A stretch of 64,000 nt of DNA from Escherichia coli. GTDB lineage: Bacteria; Pseudomonadota; Gammaproteobacteria; Enterobacterales; Enterobacteriaceae. A model generated the notes under the pieces. It ran no database searches. It was not told where the DNA came from and worked only from the letters and a program-made list of their open reading frames with translations. Where the stretch lies: NCBI RefSeq assembly GCF_009931435.1, contig NZ_CP043414.1; one strand, written 5' to 3'. Numbering within the stretch: position 1 is the first letter of the stretch; every line of letters begins with the position of its first letter. Positions 23,701 through 33,607 of the stretch are shown piece by piece. A program made the position numbers and the translations under genes.

Positions 23701-24320
23701 TCATTATGTCCGGTAGAAACGGATGCTAATGCCTGATATAAATTTGTAAAAGAGATAATTGTTGCTTTTGGAAATGATTGATGAATTACCTCGTCTGGGG
23801 GGTAATTTGCTACCCGAGCAATATTTACTGGTTTTGGTGAGGTAAGCGGTCGCATTGAGTCGTGAAGGGTGGTTACCAGCGCCGGAAAGGTAATTATCAA
23901 TGGTTTGGTTGCAGCAATGTCATTATTAAGAGGCGGAGAAGTAACTAAATGTGATAACACTATATCGACTTCACCTTCTGCAAGCGCGTCCATTGCTTTT
24001 TGATGATCTGCGTATTCCCGGAGTGTTAATTTGATATTTAACGCTCTTTTTAAAAGATTTAAATAATCCGCATTAATACCACGAACCCGTTGCTGCGAAT
24101 CGGTATGCAACAACGTAGCCGTTTGGGACTTGTGTACTGCAATCACAAGATTTTTTTTGCTCGCTAACCAACGTAATTCCTTGTTGCTCAGACGTAGTGG
24201 ATCAAGCGTGACACGGTTGTTACTACTGATGCCACGATATTCGATGTAATCTTCGTCTGCGAAACTTATGGTCGACCAAAGACCACAACAGAGAAGAAAA
24301 AAATAGGGTAAAAACTTCAT
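20727..24320 (-). CDS. evgS: Hybrid sensor histidine kinase (two periplasmic solute-binding domains, HisKA, HATPase, receiver, HPt)
   Basis: 1197 aa; H-box (ATMSHEIRTP), receiver (LLITDVNMPNMDGFELTRKLR) and C-terminal HPt. Confidence 0.95.
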   Translation of the reverse strand: MKFLPYFFLLCCGLWSTISFADEDYIEYRGISSNNRVTLDPLRLSNKELRWLASKKNLVIAVHKSQTATLLHTDSQQRVRGINADYLNLLKRALNIKLTLREYADHQKAMDALAEGEVDIVLSHLVTSPPLNNDIAATKPLIITFPALVTTLHDSMRPLTSPKPVNIARVANYPPDEVIHQSFPKATIISFTNLYQALASVSTGHNDYFIGSNIITSSMISRYFTHSLNVVKYYNSPRQYNFFLTRKESVILNEVLNRFVDALTNEVRYEVSQNWLDTGNLAFLNKPLELTEHEKQWIKQHPDLKVLENPYSPPYSMTDENGSVRGVMGDILNIITLQTGLNFSPITVSHNIHAGTQLNPGGWDILPGAIYSEDRENNVLFAEAFITTPYVFVMQKAPDSEQTLKKGMKVAIPYYYELHSQLKEMYPEVEWIQVDNASAAFHKVKEGELDALVATQLNSRYMIDHYYPNELYHFLIPGVENASLSFAFPRGEPELKDIINKALNAIPPSEVLRLTEKWIKMPNVTIDTWDLYSEQFYIVTTLSVLLVGSSLLWGFYLLRSVRRRKVIQGDLENQISFRKALSDSLPNPTYVVNWQGNVISHNSAFEHYFTADYYKNAMLPLENSDSPFKDVFSNVHEVTAETKENRTIYSQVFEINNGTEKRCINHWHTLCNLPASDNAVYICGWQDITETRDLIHALEVERNKAINATVAKSQFLATMSHEIRTPISSIMGFLELLSGSGLSKEQRVEAISLAYATGQSLLGLIGEILDVDKIESGNYQLQPQWVDIPTLVQNTCHSFGAIAASKSIALNCSSTLPERYLVKIDPQAFKQVLSNLLSNALKFTTEGAVKITTSLVHIDDNHAVIKMTIMDTGSGLSQEEQQQLFKRYSQTTAGRQQTGSGLGLMICKELIKNMQGDLSLESHPGIGTTFTITIPVEITQQVATVEAKAEQPMTLPEKLSILIADDHPTNRLLLKRQLNLLGYDVDEATDGVQALHKVSMQHYDLLITDVNMPNMDGFELTRKLREQNSSLPIWGLTANAQANEREKGLNCGMNLCLFKPLTLDVLKTHLSQLHQVAHIAPQYRHLDIEALKNNTANDLQLMQEILMTFQHETHKDLPAAFHALEAGDNRTFHQCIHRIHGAANILNLQKLINLSHQLEITPVSDDSKPEILKLLNSVKEHIAELDQEIAVFCQQND

Positions 24321-24324
24321 GTGA

Positions 24325-24939
24325 TTAGCCGATTTTGTTACGTTGCGCGAATGTGTAAAGATCCATCAGTGATTTACATTCTAATTTTTCCATCAGGCGA
24401 CTTTTATACGTGCTGACAGTTTTGTTGCTGATGAACATTTTTTCCGCAATGTCATTATTGTCCTTGCCATCAAGAATATACCTCATGACACTAATTTCTT
24501 GTTTCGATAAGGAGTCGAGTTTTTGCTGGTCGGACGTTAAACTTCCAACAAACCGGTTGAGAGAGAAAGGGAAATAGCAGTAGCCATTTTTTGCAGCTTC
24601 AATAGCCGCAATGATATTGTTCATGCCTTCTTTTTTACTCACGAATCCATTAGCGCCTGCATCAGCACAATGTTTCCCGTAAAAATGGTCATTTTTAGCG
24701 GAGACGATAATAATAATTCCGCTATATTGGCGCTTCCTCAGCGTTTCTAACACCTGGATACCGTTAACTCCGGGGATATCGACATCAATGATGACGATAT
24801 CAGGTTTAAGTGTTTCCACCCGCTGAACGGCACTTCCCCCTTCAGTCAACTCCGCTAAGATTTCAATATCGTTTTTGATCAATAAATTACGGATTGCTGC
24901 GATAGCAAGAGGATGGTCATCAATAATTATTGCGTTCAT
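24325..24939 (-). CDS. evgA: NarL/FixJ-family response regulator
   Basis: 204 aa; receiver domain plus LuxR-type HTH; immediately downstream of evgS on the same strand. Confidence 0.95.
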   Translation of the reverse strand: MNAIIIDDHPLAIAAIRNLLIKNDIEILAELTEGGSAVQRVETLKPDIVIIDVDIPGVNGIQVLETLRKRQYSGIIIIVSAKNDHFYGKHCADAGANGFVSKKEGMNNIIAAIEAAKNGYCYFPFSLNRFVGSLTSDQQKLDSLSKQEISVMRYILDGKDNNDIAEKMFISNKTVSTYKSRLMEKLECKSLMDLYTFAQRNKIG

Positions 24940-25163
24940 AGATTATTCCCTTTGCAATGAAGCATCTCCCTTCTCCCTGTAGTAATACAGACATAAGGCA
25001 TCATCTCATTTTCTCAATCAAAATAAGAAAATTTGAGCTTCCTTTAAGATAATTCAAAAAGTATACCATATAAATAGTCGGCATAAATGAAATGTCAACA
25101 ATAAAATCAGGGATAATACCGCTAACTTATAGTTTCAAATGAGTACTATAAGGCTTCTTATTA

Positions 25164-25181
25164 ATCCTACAGGCGTAAGAA
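25164..25181. promoter_or_regulatory. EvgA-box-like inverted repeat in the evgA / emrK divergent region
   Basis: ATCCTACA-GG-CGTAAGAA, 14/16 half-site matches to the EvgA consensus. Confidence 0.5.
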
Positions 25182-25354
25182 TTGTATTGCAAAAGTCACG
25201 GTTTAGTCCTCTGTTGTATCTTCTGCAACTCCTTTAAATTAGGCCTCCAACGTTCCTGGGATAATGTGTAACACATGCACTGTGTTTGATATGAAGAATG
25301 AATACTCTTTTCATTCAATTCATAAATTTCATCTATGCGAAATGAGAGATAATA

Positions 25355-26518
25355 GTGGAACAGATTAATTCAAATAAAAAACATTCTGACAGAAGAAAAT
25401 ATTTTGCTTTATTAGCAGTGGTTTTATTTATTGCGTTTTCAGGAGCCTATGCCTATTGGTCACTGGAATTAGAAGACATGATTAGTACAGATGACGCCTA
25501 TGTTACGGGGAATGCTGATCCAATTTCTGCACAAGTCTCAGGCAGTGTCACTGTCGTTAATCATAAAGATACGAACTTTGTTCGACAGGGTGACATTTTA
25601 GTTTCACTGGATAAAACTGATGCTACGATTGCACTCAATAAAGCTAAAAATAATCTGGCAAATATTGTGCGACAAACGAATAAACTATACTTACAGGATA
25701 AACAATACAGTGCCGAAGTCGCTTCAGCACGTATCCAGTATCAACAATCTTTAGAAGATTATAATCGTCGTGTGCCGCTAGCAAAGCAGGGGGTTATTTC
25801 AAAAGAAACGCTGGAGCACACCAAAGATACGTTAATAAGTAGCAAAGCGGCATTGAATGCAGCTATTCAGGCTTATAAAGCGAACAAAGCCTTAGTAATG
25901 AACACACCATTAAATCGCCAGCCACAAGTTGTTGAAGCTGCGGATGCAACCAAAGAAGCCTGGTTAGCGCTTAAGCGTACGGATATTAAGAGTCCGGTTA
26001 CTGGTTATATTGCCCAGCGAAGTGTGCAGGTTGGCGAAACAGTGAGTCCTGGACAATCGTTAATGGCTGTCGTACCGGCACGTCAAATGTGGGTTAATGC
26101 CAACTTTAAAGAAACACAACTCACGGATGTACGGATTGGTCAATCGGTTAATATAATCAGCGATCTTTATGGTGAAAATGTTGTGTTTCATGGTCGGGTG
26201 ACAGGGATCAATATGGGAACCGGCAATGCGTTCTCCTTATTACCTGCACAAAATGCGACAGGGAACTGGATCAAAATCGTTCAGCGTGTACCGGTTGAGG
26301 TGTCTCTGGATCCAAAAGAACTCATGGAACATCCCTTGCGCATTGGTTTATCGATGACTGCAACCATTGATACCAAGAACGAAGACATTGCCGATATGCC
26401 TGATCTGGCTTCATCCGTGACGTCCATGCCTGCTTACACCAGTAAGGCCTTAGTTATCGATACCAGTCCGATAGAAAAAGAGATTAACAACATTATTTCT
26501 CATAATGGACAACTTTAA
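25355..26518 (+). CDS. emrK: Multidrug efflux membrane fusion protein (EmrA family)
   Basis: 387 aa from a GTG start; HlyD-family periplasmic adaptor; stop overlaps the emrY start. Confidence 0.85.
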   Translation: MEQINSNKKHSDRRKYFALLAVVLFIAFSGAYAYWSLELEDMISTDDAYVTGNADPISAQVSGSVTVVNHKDTNFVRQGDILVSLDKTDATIALNKAKNNLANIVRQTNKLYLQDKQYSAEVASARIQYQQSLEDYNRRVPLAKQGVISKETLEHTKDTLISSKAALNAAIQAYKANKALVMNTPLNRQPQVVEAADATKEAWLALKRTDIKSPVTGYIAQRSVQVGETVSPGQSLMAVVPARQMWVNANFKETQLTDVRIGQSVNIISDLYGENVVFHGRVTGINMGTGNAFSLLPAQNATGNWIKIVQRVPVEVSLDPKELMEHPLRIGLSMTATIDTKNEDIADMPDLASSVTSMPAYTSKALVIDTSPIEKEINNIISHNGQL

Positions 26519-28056
26519 TGGCAATCACTAAATCAACTCCGGCACCATTAACCGGTGGGACGTTATGGTGCGTCACTATTGCATTGTCATTAGCGACGTT
26601 TATGCAAATGTTGGACTCCACTATTTCTAACGTCGCAATACCCACAATATCTGGCTTTCTCGGAGCATCAACTGACGAAGGCACATGGGTTATCACATCG
26701 TTTGGCGTAGCAAATGCCATTGCGATCCCTGTTACCGGCAGGCTGGCACAAAGAATAGGCGAATTAAGGTTATTTTTACTATCAGTAACCTTCTTTTCGC
26801 TGTCTTCATTAATGTGTAGTCTTTCGACTAATCTTGATGTTCTTATATTTTTTAGAGTCGTCCAGGGATTAATGGCGGGGCCGTTAATTCCATTGTCACA
26901 GAGTTTATTATTAAGGAATTATCCGCCAGAAAAAAGAACATTTGCTTTGGCGTTATGGTCAATGACCGTAATTATCGCTCCGATTTGTGGGCCGATATTG
27001 GGTGGCTATATTTGTGATAACTTTAGTTGGGGATGGATATTTTTAATCAATGTCCCTATGGGGATTATCGTCCTGACATTATGTTTAACTTTACTTAAAG
27101 GAAGAGAAACTGAAACTTCACCGGTCAAAATGAATTTACCAGGGTTGACCCTGTTAGTGCTCGGTGTTGGTGGCTTGCAAATTATGCTTGATAAAGGGCG
27201 CGATCTGGATTGGTTTAACTCGAGTACAATCATAATATTAACAATAGTGTCAATTATTTCTCTGATCTCTTTAGTAATTTGGGAGTCGACCTCAGAGAAC
27301 CCAATTCTTGACCTCAGTTTATTCAAGTCGCGTAATTTCACCATTGGTATTGTGTGTATCACATGCGCATATTTATTTTACTCTGGGGCGATTGTACTTA
27401 TGCCGCAGTTGCTGCAGGAAACTATGGGGTATAATGCGATATGGGCCGGGCTTGCCTATGCGCCAATCGGCATAATGCCACTATTAATATCGCCTTTAAT
27501 AGGACGTTATGGCAACAAAATTGATATGCGTGCATTGGTTACATTTAGTTTTTTGATGTATGCGGTTTGCTATTACTGGCGTTCTGTGACATTTATGCCA
27601 ACGATTGATTTCACAGGCATCATTTTGCCACAGTTTTTCCAGGGATTCGCCGTTGCCTGTTTCTTTTTACCCTTAACAACGATTTCGTTTTCAGGGTTGC
27701 CAGATAATAAATTTGCCAATGCCTCGAGTATGAGTAATTTTTTTCGTACCCTGTCAGGATCAGTTGGTACGTCGTTGACAATGACGTTGTGGGGACGACG
27801 CGAATCGTTACACCATAGTCAGTTGACAGCAACCATCGATCAATTTAACCCCGTGTTTAATTCATCATCACAAATTATGGATAAATACTATGGTTCGCTT
27901 TCAGGGGTTCTTAATGAAATTAATAATGAAATAACCCAGCAGTCACTTTCTATTTCTGCAAATGAGATTTTCCGTATGGCGGCTATTGCTTTTATCTTAC
28001 TTACAGTTTTAGTTTGGTTCGCGAGACCGCCGTTTACAGCGAAAGGCGTTGGGTGA
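26518..28056 (+). CDS. emrY: Multidrug efflux MFS transporter (EmrB family, 14 TMS)
   Basis: 512 aa; MFS DHA2 family. Confidence 0.9.
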   Translation: MAITKSTPAPLTGGTLWCVTIALSLATFMQMLDSTISNVAIPTISGFLGASTDEGTWVITSFGVANAIAIPVTGRLAQRIGELRLFLLSVTFFSLSSLMCSLSTNLDVLIFFRVVQGLMAGPLIPLSQSLLLRNYPPEKRTFALALWSMTVIIAPICGPILGGYICDNFSWGWIFLINVPMGIIVLTLCLTLLKGRETETSPVKMNLPGLTLLVLGVGGLQIMLDKGRDLDWFNSSTIIILTIVSIISLISLVIWESTSENPILDLSLFKSRNFTIGIVCITCAYLFYSGAIVLMPQLLQETMGYNAIWAGLAYAPIGIMPLLISPLIGRYGNKIDMRALVTFSFLMYAVCYYWRSVTFMPTIDFTGIILPQFFQGFAVACFFLPLTTISFSGLPDNKFANASSMSNFFRTLSGSVGTSLTMTLWGRRESLHHSQLTATIDQFNPVFNSSSQIMDKYYGSLSGVLNEINNEITQQSLSISANEIFRMAAIAFILLTVLVWFARPPFTAKGVG

Positions 28057-28184
28057 TGGTAAAAAGAGGAGGCTAGAGCAGGTAAGTCCGCGGAATTTTG
28101 AACCTGTACCATCATTTTATATGGATATTATCAGGCAGCATCGCTCACCCAGGGAAAGGATGGCGATGCTGCGGTGAAACGTTA

Positions 28185-29513
28185 TTAACGGACTTTAGCC
28201 AGATATTGCTTCATCTCTTCTTCCGGCACCATTCCACCTCCTGTCGCCCACACCAGATGAGTGGCATTACGCAGTTGTTCTGTGCTGAAACCTTGCATCT
28301 GTTGGTAAATTACTGATGCGCACACGCGCTGAGGCCCGGCCATACCCGCCAGTGCTGAAGGCTCAAGACGAATGTCTTCTTCCTGCGCCAGCCAGCCAAG
28401 CATGTCATACATGGTTTGATCGCTAAGGGTATAGAAGCCATCCAGTAGACGCTCCATTGCCCGCCCGACAAAGCCTGATGCGCGACCAACTGCAAGGCCA
28501 TCCGCGGCGGTAAGGTTGTCGATACCAATATCCTGAACAGAAATCTGATCGTGTAATCCAGTATGGACGCCTAACAGCATACAAGGGGAGTGCGTGGGTT
28601 CGGCAAAAAAGCAGTGAACATGATCGCCAAACGCCAGTTTAAGCCCGAATGCGACGCCACCAGGACCACCGCCAACGCCACACGGCAGATAGACAAACAG
28701 AGGGTTATCAGCATCGACAATACGACCTTGCTCGGCAAATTGCGCTTTAAGACGCTGGCCTGCGACGGAATACCCAAGGAACAACGTGCGGGAATTCTCG
28801 TCATCAATAAAGAAACAGTTCGGGTCAGACTGCGCTGCTTTACGTCCTTCCTCGACGGCAACACCATAATCTTGCTCATATTCCACGACCGTAACGCCAT
28901 GGCTGCGCAGTTTCGCTTTTTTCCATGCCCGGGCATCAGCAGACATATGTACTGTCACCTTAAAGCCAATGCGGGCGCTCATAATACCGATTGATAACCC
29001 CAGATTTCCGGTTGAGCCCACAGCAATGCTGTATTGGCTAAAGAACTGCTTAAACTCCGGAGAAAGCAGTTTGCTGTAGTCATCTTCAAGCGTCAGCAAC
29101 CCTGCTTCCAGAGCCAGTTTTTCTGCATGTGCCAGGACTTCATAAATCCCGCCGCGTGCTTTTATGGAGCCGGAAATAGGCAAATGGCTATCTTTTTTCA
29201 GTAACAGTTGCCCGCTGATCGGTTGCTGATATTCCTTTTCCAGCCGTTTTTGCATAGCCGGAATCGCAACCAGTTCTGATTCAATAATCCCTCCAGTGGC
29301 AGCAGTTTCAGAAAATGCTTTTGCCAGATAAGGGGCAAAACGAGATAAGCGCGCATGGGCGTCCTGAACATCCTGTTCGGTCAGGCCAACATAAGGTAAA
29401 CCTTCAGCCAATAGAGTCGTGCCAGGATTAAACCAGGTGGTTTCTTTAAGAGCAACCAGATCCTTTACCAACGGATACTGGGCGATGAGCGAGTTCATTT
29501 TAGCGTTTTCCAT
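28185..29513 (-). CDS. dsdA: D-serine ammonia-lyase (D-serine dehydratase)
   Basis: 442 aa; PLP lysine motif (SGSIKARGG). Confidence 0.95.
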   Translation of the reverse strand: MENAKMNSLIAQYPLVKDLVALKETTWFNPGTTLLAEGLPYVGLTEQDVQDAHARLSRFAPYLAKAFSETAATGGIIESELVAIPAMQKRLEKEYQQPISGQLLLKKDSHLPISGSIKARGGIYEVLAHAEKLALEAGLLTLEDDYSKLLSPEFKQFFSQYSIAVGSTGNLGLSIGIMSARIGFKVTVHMSADARAWKKAKLRSHGVTVVEYEQDYGVAVEEGRKAAQSDPNCFFIDDENSRTLFLGYSVAGQRLKAQFAEQGRIVDADNPLFVYLPCGVGGGPGGVAFGLKLAFGDHVHCFFAEPTHSPCMLLGVHTGLHDQISVQDIGIDNLTAADGLAVGRASGFVGRAMERLLDGFYTLSDQTMYDMLGWLAQEEDIRLEPSALAGMAGPQRVCASVIYQQMQGFSTEQLRNATHLVWATGGGMVPEEEMKQYLAKVR

Positions 29514-29713
29514 AATATGTCTCTTTGCGCTTCGATGATAAATGACAGCAGGAATGTGCCCGCCAGAGCGACGACTGAAGCGATAAATGTCGCTGTCGTA
29601 TAGTATTTAAATGTTTCATTGAGCGCAGCGCCGCAATATTGCTTCACCAGCCAGAAAAGCGAGTCCGTAACGAACGTGCAGCCAATCGCAATAATTTCCG
29701 GGCTGATGTCTGG
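29495..29713 (-). pseudogene. dsdX: 3'-terminal remnant of D-serine transporter gene (GntP family)
   Basis: Minus-strand frame reads ...[54 protein letters not shown]..., a hydrophobic permease C-terminus, bounded upstream by a stop at ~29714-29716 with no start; lies just upstream of dsdA, where dsdX sits in K-12. Confidence 0.5.
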
Positions 29714-29969
29714 TTACAGCCACAGCACAATGATCCATATTTATATTTTTTCTCCGGGTGGGTGATGCCAGTCGGCATGATTTACCTACTTGTCTGCATG
29801 GTGACTCGTTGGCGAGAACAGAGGCGGAATTGGTTACAATTGTCCGGGAATTCTTGTTATTTTTTACTGTATTGTCGTGTCGGGTGATAGGACGTTGAGA
29901 ATATCGCTGGATCTCGCCAGTGACGTCTGTTTCTGCTACAGTGCCCGTTTTACGGCAAACGGCTTGGGT

Positions 29970-30965
29970 ATGGCTTCATTAAAGGATGTCGCACGCCTGG
30001 CGGGAGTGTCGATGATGACTGTCTCCCGGGTGATGCATAATGCAGAATCTGTGCGTCCTGCAACGCGTGACCGCGTATTGCAGGCAATCCAAACCCTGAA
30101 TTATGTTCCTGATCTTTCCGCTCGTAAGATGCGCGCTCAGGGACGTAAGCCGTCGACTCTCGCCGTGCTGGCGCAGGATACTGCTACCACTCCTTTCTCT
30201 GTTGATATTCTGCTTGCCATTGAACAAACCGCCAGCGAGTTTGGCTGGAATAGTTTTTTAATCAATATTTTTTCTGAAGATGACGCTGCCCGCGCGGCAC
30301 GTCAGCTGCTTGCCCTCCGTCCGGATGGCATTATCTATACTACAATGGGACTGAGGCATATCACGCTGCCTGAGTCTCTGCATGGTGAAAATATTGTATT
30401 GGCGAACTGTGTGGCGGATGACCCAGCGTTACCCAGTTATATCCCTGATGATTACACTGCCCAATATGAAGCAACACAGCATTTGCTCGCGGCGGGCTAT
30501 CGTCAACCGTTATGCTTCTGGCTACCGGAAGGTGCATTGGCAACAGGGTATCGTCGGCAGGGATTTGAGCAGGCCTGGCGTGATGCTGGACGAGATCTGG
30601 CTGAGGTGAAACAATTTCACATGGCCATAGGTGATGATCACTACACCGATCTCGCAAGTATACTCAATGCCCACTTCCAGTCTGGAAAACCAGATTTTGA
30701 TGTTCTGATTTGTGGTAACGATCGCGCAGCCTTTGTTGCTTATCAGGTTCTTCTGGCGAAGGGGGTACGTATCCCGCAGGATGTCGCCGTAATGGGCTTT
30801 GATAATCTGGTTGGCGTCGGGCATCTGTTTTTACCGCCGCTGACCACAATTCAGCTTCCACATGACATTATCGGGCGGGAAGCTGCATTGCATATTATTG
30901 AAGGTCGTGAAGGGGGAAGGGTAACGCAGATCCCTTGCCCGCTGTTGATCCGTTGTTCCACCTGA
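29970..30965 (+). CDS. cscR: Sucrose operon repressor (LacI family)
   Basis: MASLKDVARLAGVSMMTVSRVMHN... LacI HTH plus periplasmic-binding-protein fold; start set to the ATG at 29970 (331 aa) rather than the GTG-extended track ORF. Confidence 0.85.
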   Translation: MASLKDVARLAGVSMMTVSRVMHNAESVRPATRDRVLQAIQTLNYVPDLSARKMRAQGRKPSTLAVLAQDTATTPFSVDILLAIEQTASEFGWNSFLINIFSEDDAARAARQLLALRPDGIIYTTMGLRHITLPESLHGENIVLANCVADDPALPSYIPDDYTAQYEATQHLLAAGYRQPLCFWLPEGALATGYRRQGFEQAWRDAGRDLAEVKQFHMAIGDDHYTDLASILNAHFQSGKPDFDVLICGNDRAAFVAYQVLLAKGVRIPQDVAVMGFDNLVGVGHLFLPPLTTIQLPHDIIGREAALHIIEGREGGRVTQIPCPLLIRCST

Positions 30966-30972
30966 TATTATG

Positions 30973-32406
30973 TTACCCCAGTTGCCAGAGTGCTCCATGT
31001 TGCAGCACGGCCACTCCGTGGGCGGCATAGAGCGACAGTTCCCGTTCTTCTGGCTGCGGATAGATTCGGCTACTCATCACAGCTTCCCCGTCGTTAATAA
31101 ATACTTCCACGGATGATGTATCGATAAATATCCTTAGGGCGAGCGTGTCACGCTGCGGGAGGGGAATACTACGGTAACCATCTAAATTCTCGTGTGGGTA
31201 ATACCGCCACAAAACAAGTCGCTCAGATTGGTTATCAATATACAGCCGCATTCCCGTGCCGAGCTGTAATCCGTAATGTTCGGCATCGCTGTTCTTCAGA
31301 GCCCAGTGCAACTGAATCTCAACCGCTTGCGCGTTTTCCTGCAAAACATATTTGTTGCTGATTGTGTGGGGAGAGATTGATTGATGCTGCTGGCGTAACG
31401 ACTCAGCTTCGTGTACCGGGCGTTGTAGGAGTTTGCCATTGCTCTCTGATAGCTCGCGCGCCAGCGTCATGCAGCCTGCCCAGCCTTCACGTTTTGAGGG
31501 CATTGGCGATTCCCACATATCCATCCAGCCGATAACAATACGCCGACCATCCTTCGCTAAAAAGCTTTGTGGTGCATAAAAGTCATGCCCATTATCAAGT
31601 TCAGTAAAATGCCCGGATTGTGCAAAAAGTCGTCCTGGCGACCATATTCCGGGTATTACACCACTTTGAAAGCGATTTCGATAATTGTATCCCTCGGCAT
31701 TCATTCCCTGCGGGGAAAACATCAGATAATGTTGATCGCCAAGGCTGAAAAAGTCCGGACATTCCCACATATAGCTTTCACCCGCATCAGCGTGGGCCAG
31801 TACGCGATCGAAAGTCCATTCACGCAATGAACTGCCGCGATAAAGCAGGATCTGTCCCGTGTTGCCTGGGTCTTTCGCCCCGACTACCATCCACCAGGTG
31901 TCGGCTTCACGCCACACTTTAGGATCGCGGAAGTGCATGATTCCTTCTGGTGGAGTGAGGATCACACCTTGTTTCTCGAAATGAATACCATCCCGGCTGG
32001 TAGCCAGACATTGTACTTCACGAATTGCATCGTCATTACCTGCACCATCGAGCCAGACGTGGCCGGTGTAGATAAGTGAGAGGACACCATTGTCATCAAC
32101 AGCACTACCTGAAAAACACCCGTCTTTGTCATTCTCGTCTCCTGGCGCTAGCGCAATAGGCTCGTGCTGCCAGTGGATCATATCGTCGCTGGTGGCATGT
32201 CCCCAGTGCATTGGCCCCCAGTGTTCGCTCATCGGGTGATGCTGATAAAACGCGTGATAACGATTGTTAAACCAGATCAGGCCGTTTGGATCGTTCATCC
32301 ACCCGGCTGGAGGCGCGAGGTGAAAATGGGGATAAAAAGTATTCCCCCGGCGCTCGTGAAGTTTTGCTAGTGCGTTTTGCGCCGCATGCAATCGAGATTG
32401 CGTCAT
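30973..32406 (-). CDS. cscA: Sucrose-6-phosphate hydrolase / invertase (GH32)
   Basis: GH32 N-terminal catalytic motif (WMNDPNG) and downstream RDP/EC motifs; start set to MTQSRL (477 aa). Confidence 0.9.
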   Translation of the reverse strand: MTQSRLHAAQNALAKLHERRGNTFYPHFHLAPPAGWMNDPNGLIWFNNRYHAFYQHHPMSEHWGPMHWGHATSDDMIHWQHEPIALAPGDENDKDGCFSGSAVDDNGVLSLIYTGHVWLDGAGNDDAIREVQCLATSRDGIHFEKQGVILTPPEGIMHFRDPKVWREADTWWMVVGAKDPGNTGQILLYRGSSLREWTFDRVLAHADAGESYMWECPDFFSLGDQHYLMFSPQGMNAEGYNYRNRFQSGVIPGIWSPGRLFAQSGHFTELDNGHDFYAPQSFLAKDGRRIVIGWMDMWESPMPSKREGWAGCMTLARELSESNGKLLQRPVHEAESLRQQHQSISPHTISNKYVLQENAQAVEIQLHWALKNSDAEHYGLQLGTGMRLYIDNQSERLVLWRYYPHENLDGYRSIPLPQRDTLALRIFIDTSSVEVFINDGEAVMSSRIYPQPEERELSLYAAHGVAVLQHGALWQLG

Positions 32407-32621
32407 TTTAATCATCCTGGTTAAGCAAATTTGGTGAATTGTTAACGTTAACTTTTATAAAAATAAAGCCCCTTATCTTTATAAATGTGATTAATATCAC
32501 AAATGTTAACGTTAACTATGACGTTTTGTGATCGAATGTGCATGTTTTAGTAAATCCATGACGATTTTGCGAAAAAGAGGTTTATCACTATGCCTAAGTC
32601 AGATGAATTTGAGGGAAAAAA

Positions 32622-33536
32622 ATGTCAGCCAAAGTATGGGTTTTAGGGGATGCGGTTGTCGATCTCTTGCCTGAATCAGACGGGCGCCTACTGCCTTGTC
32701 CTGGCGGCGCGCCAGCTAACGTTGCGGTGGGAATCGCCAGATTAGGCGGAATAAGTGGGTTTATAGGCCGGGTGGGTGATGATCCTTTTGGCGCGTTAAT
32801 GCAAAGAACGCTGCTAACGGAGGGAGTCGATATCACGTATCTGAAGCAGGATGAATGGCACCGAACATCCACGGTGCTTGTCGATCTGAACGATCAGGGG
32901 GAACGTTCATTTACGTTTATGGTCCGCCCTAGTGCCGATCTTTTTTTAGAGACGACTGACTTGCCCTTCTGGCGACATGGCGAATGGTTACATCTCTGTT
33001 CTATTGCGTTGTCTGCTGAACCTTCGCGTACCAGCGCATTTACTGCGATGACGGCGATCCGGCATGCCGGAGGTTTTGTCAGCTTCGATCCCAATATTCG
33101 TGAAGATCTGTGGCAAGACGAGCATTTGCTCCGCTTGTGTTTGCGACAGGCGCTACAACTGGCGGATGTCGTCAAGCTCTCGGAAGAAGAATGGCGACTT
33201 ATCAGCGGAAAAACACAGAACGATCGGGATATATGTGCTCTGGCAAAAGAGTATGAGATCGCCATGCTGTTGGTGACTAAAGGTGCAGAAGGGGTGGTGG
33301 TCTGTTATCGAGGACAAGTTCACCATTTTGCTGGAATGTCTGTGAATTGTGTCGATAGCACGGGGGCGGGAGATGCGTTCGTTGCCGGGTTACTCACAGG
33401 TCTTTCCTCTACGGGATTAGAGACCGATGAGAGAGAAATGCGACGAATTATCGATCTCGCTCAACGTTGCGGAGCGCTTGCAGTAACGGCGAAAGGGGCA
33501 ATGACAGCGCTGCCATGTCGACAAGATCTGGAATAG
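32622..33536 (+). CDS. cscK: Fructokinase (PfkB family)
   Basis: 304 aa; PfkB motifs GGAPANVA and DSTGAGDAF. Confidence 0.9.
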   Translation: MSAKVWVLGDAVVDLLPESDGRLLPCPGGAPANVAVGIARLGGISGFIGRVGDDPFGALMQRTLLTEGVDITYLKQDEWHRTSTVLVDLNDQGERSFTFMVRPSADLFLETTDLPFWRHGEWLHLCSIALSAEPSRTSAFTAMTAIRHAGGFVSFDPNIREDLWQDEHLLRLCLRQALQLADVVKLSEEEWRLISGKTQNDRDICALAKEYEIAMLLVTKGAEGVVVCYRGQVHHFAGMSVNCVDSTGAGDAFVAGLLTGLSSTGLETDEREMRRIIDLAQRCGALAVTAKGAMTALPCRQDLE

Positions 33537-33607
33537 TGAGAAATAAACGGCGAGGCCGTTCTTGTCTCTGAATAGGACGTGAATATTTTAACGACAGGCA
33601 GGTAATT

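Noticed and set aside
29877-29969. GTG-initiated 31-codon N-terminal extension of cscR in the track ORF
   Set aside because: The LacI-type HTH begins right after the ATG at 29970; the extension is Cys/Phe-rich and reads through the insertion junction.
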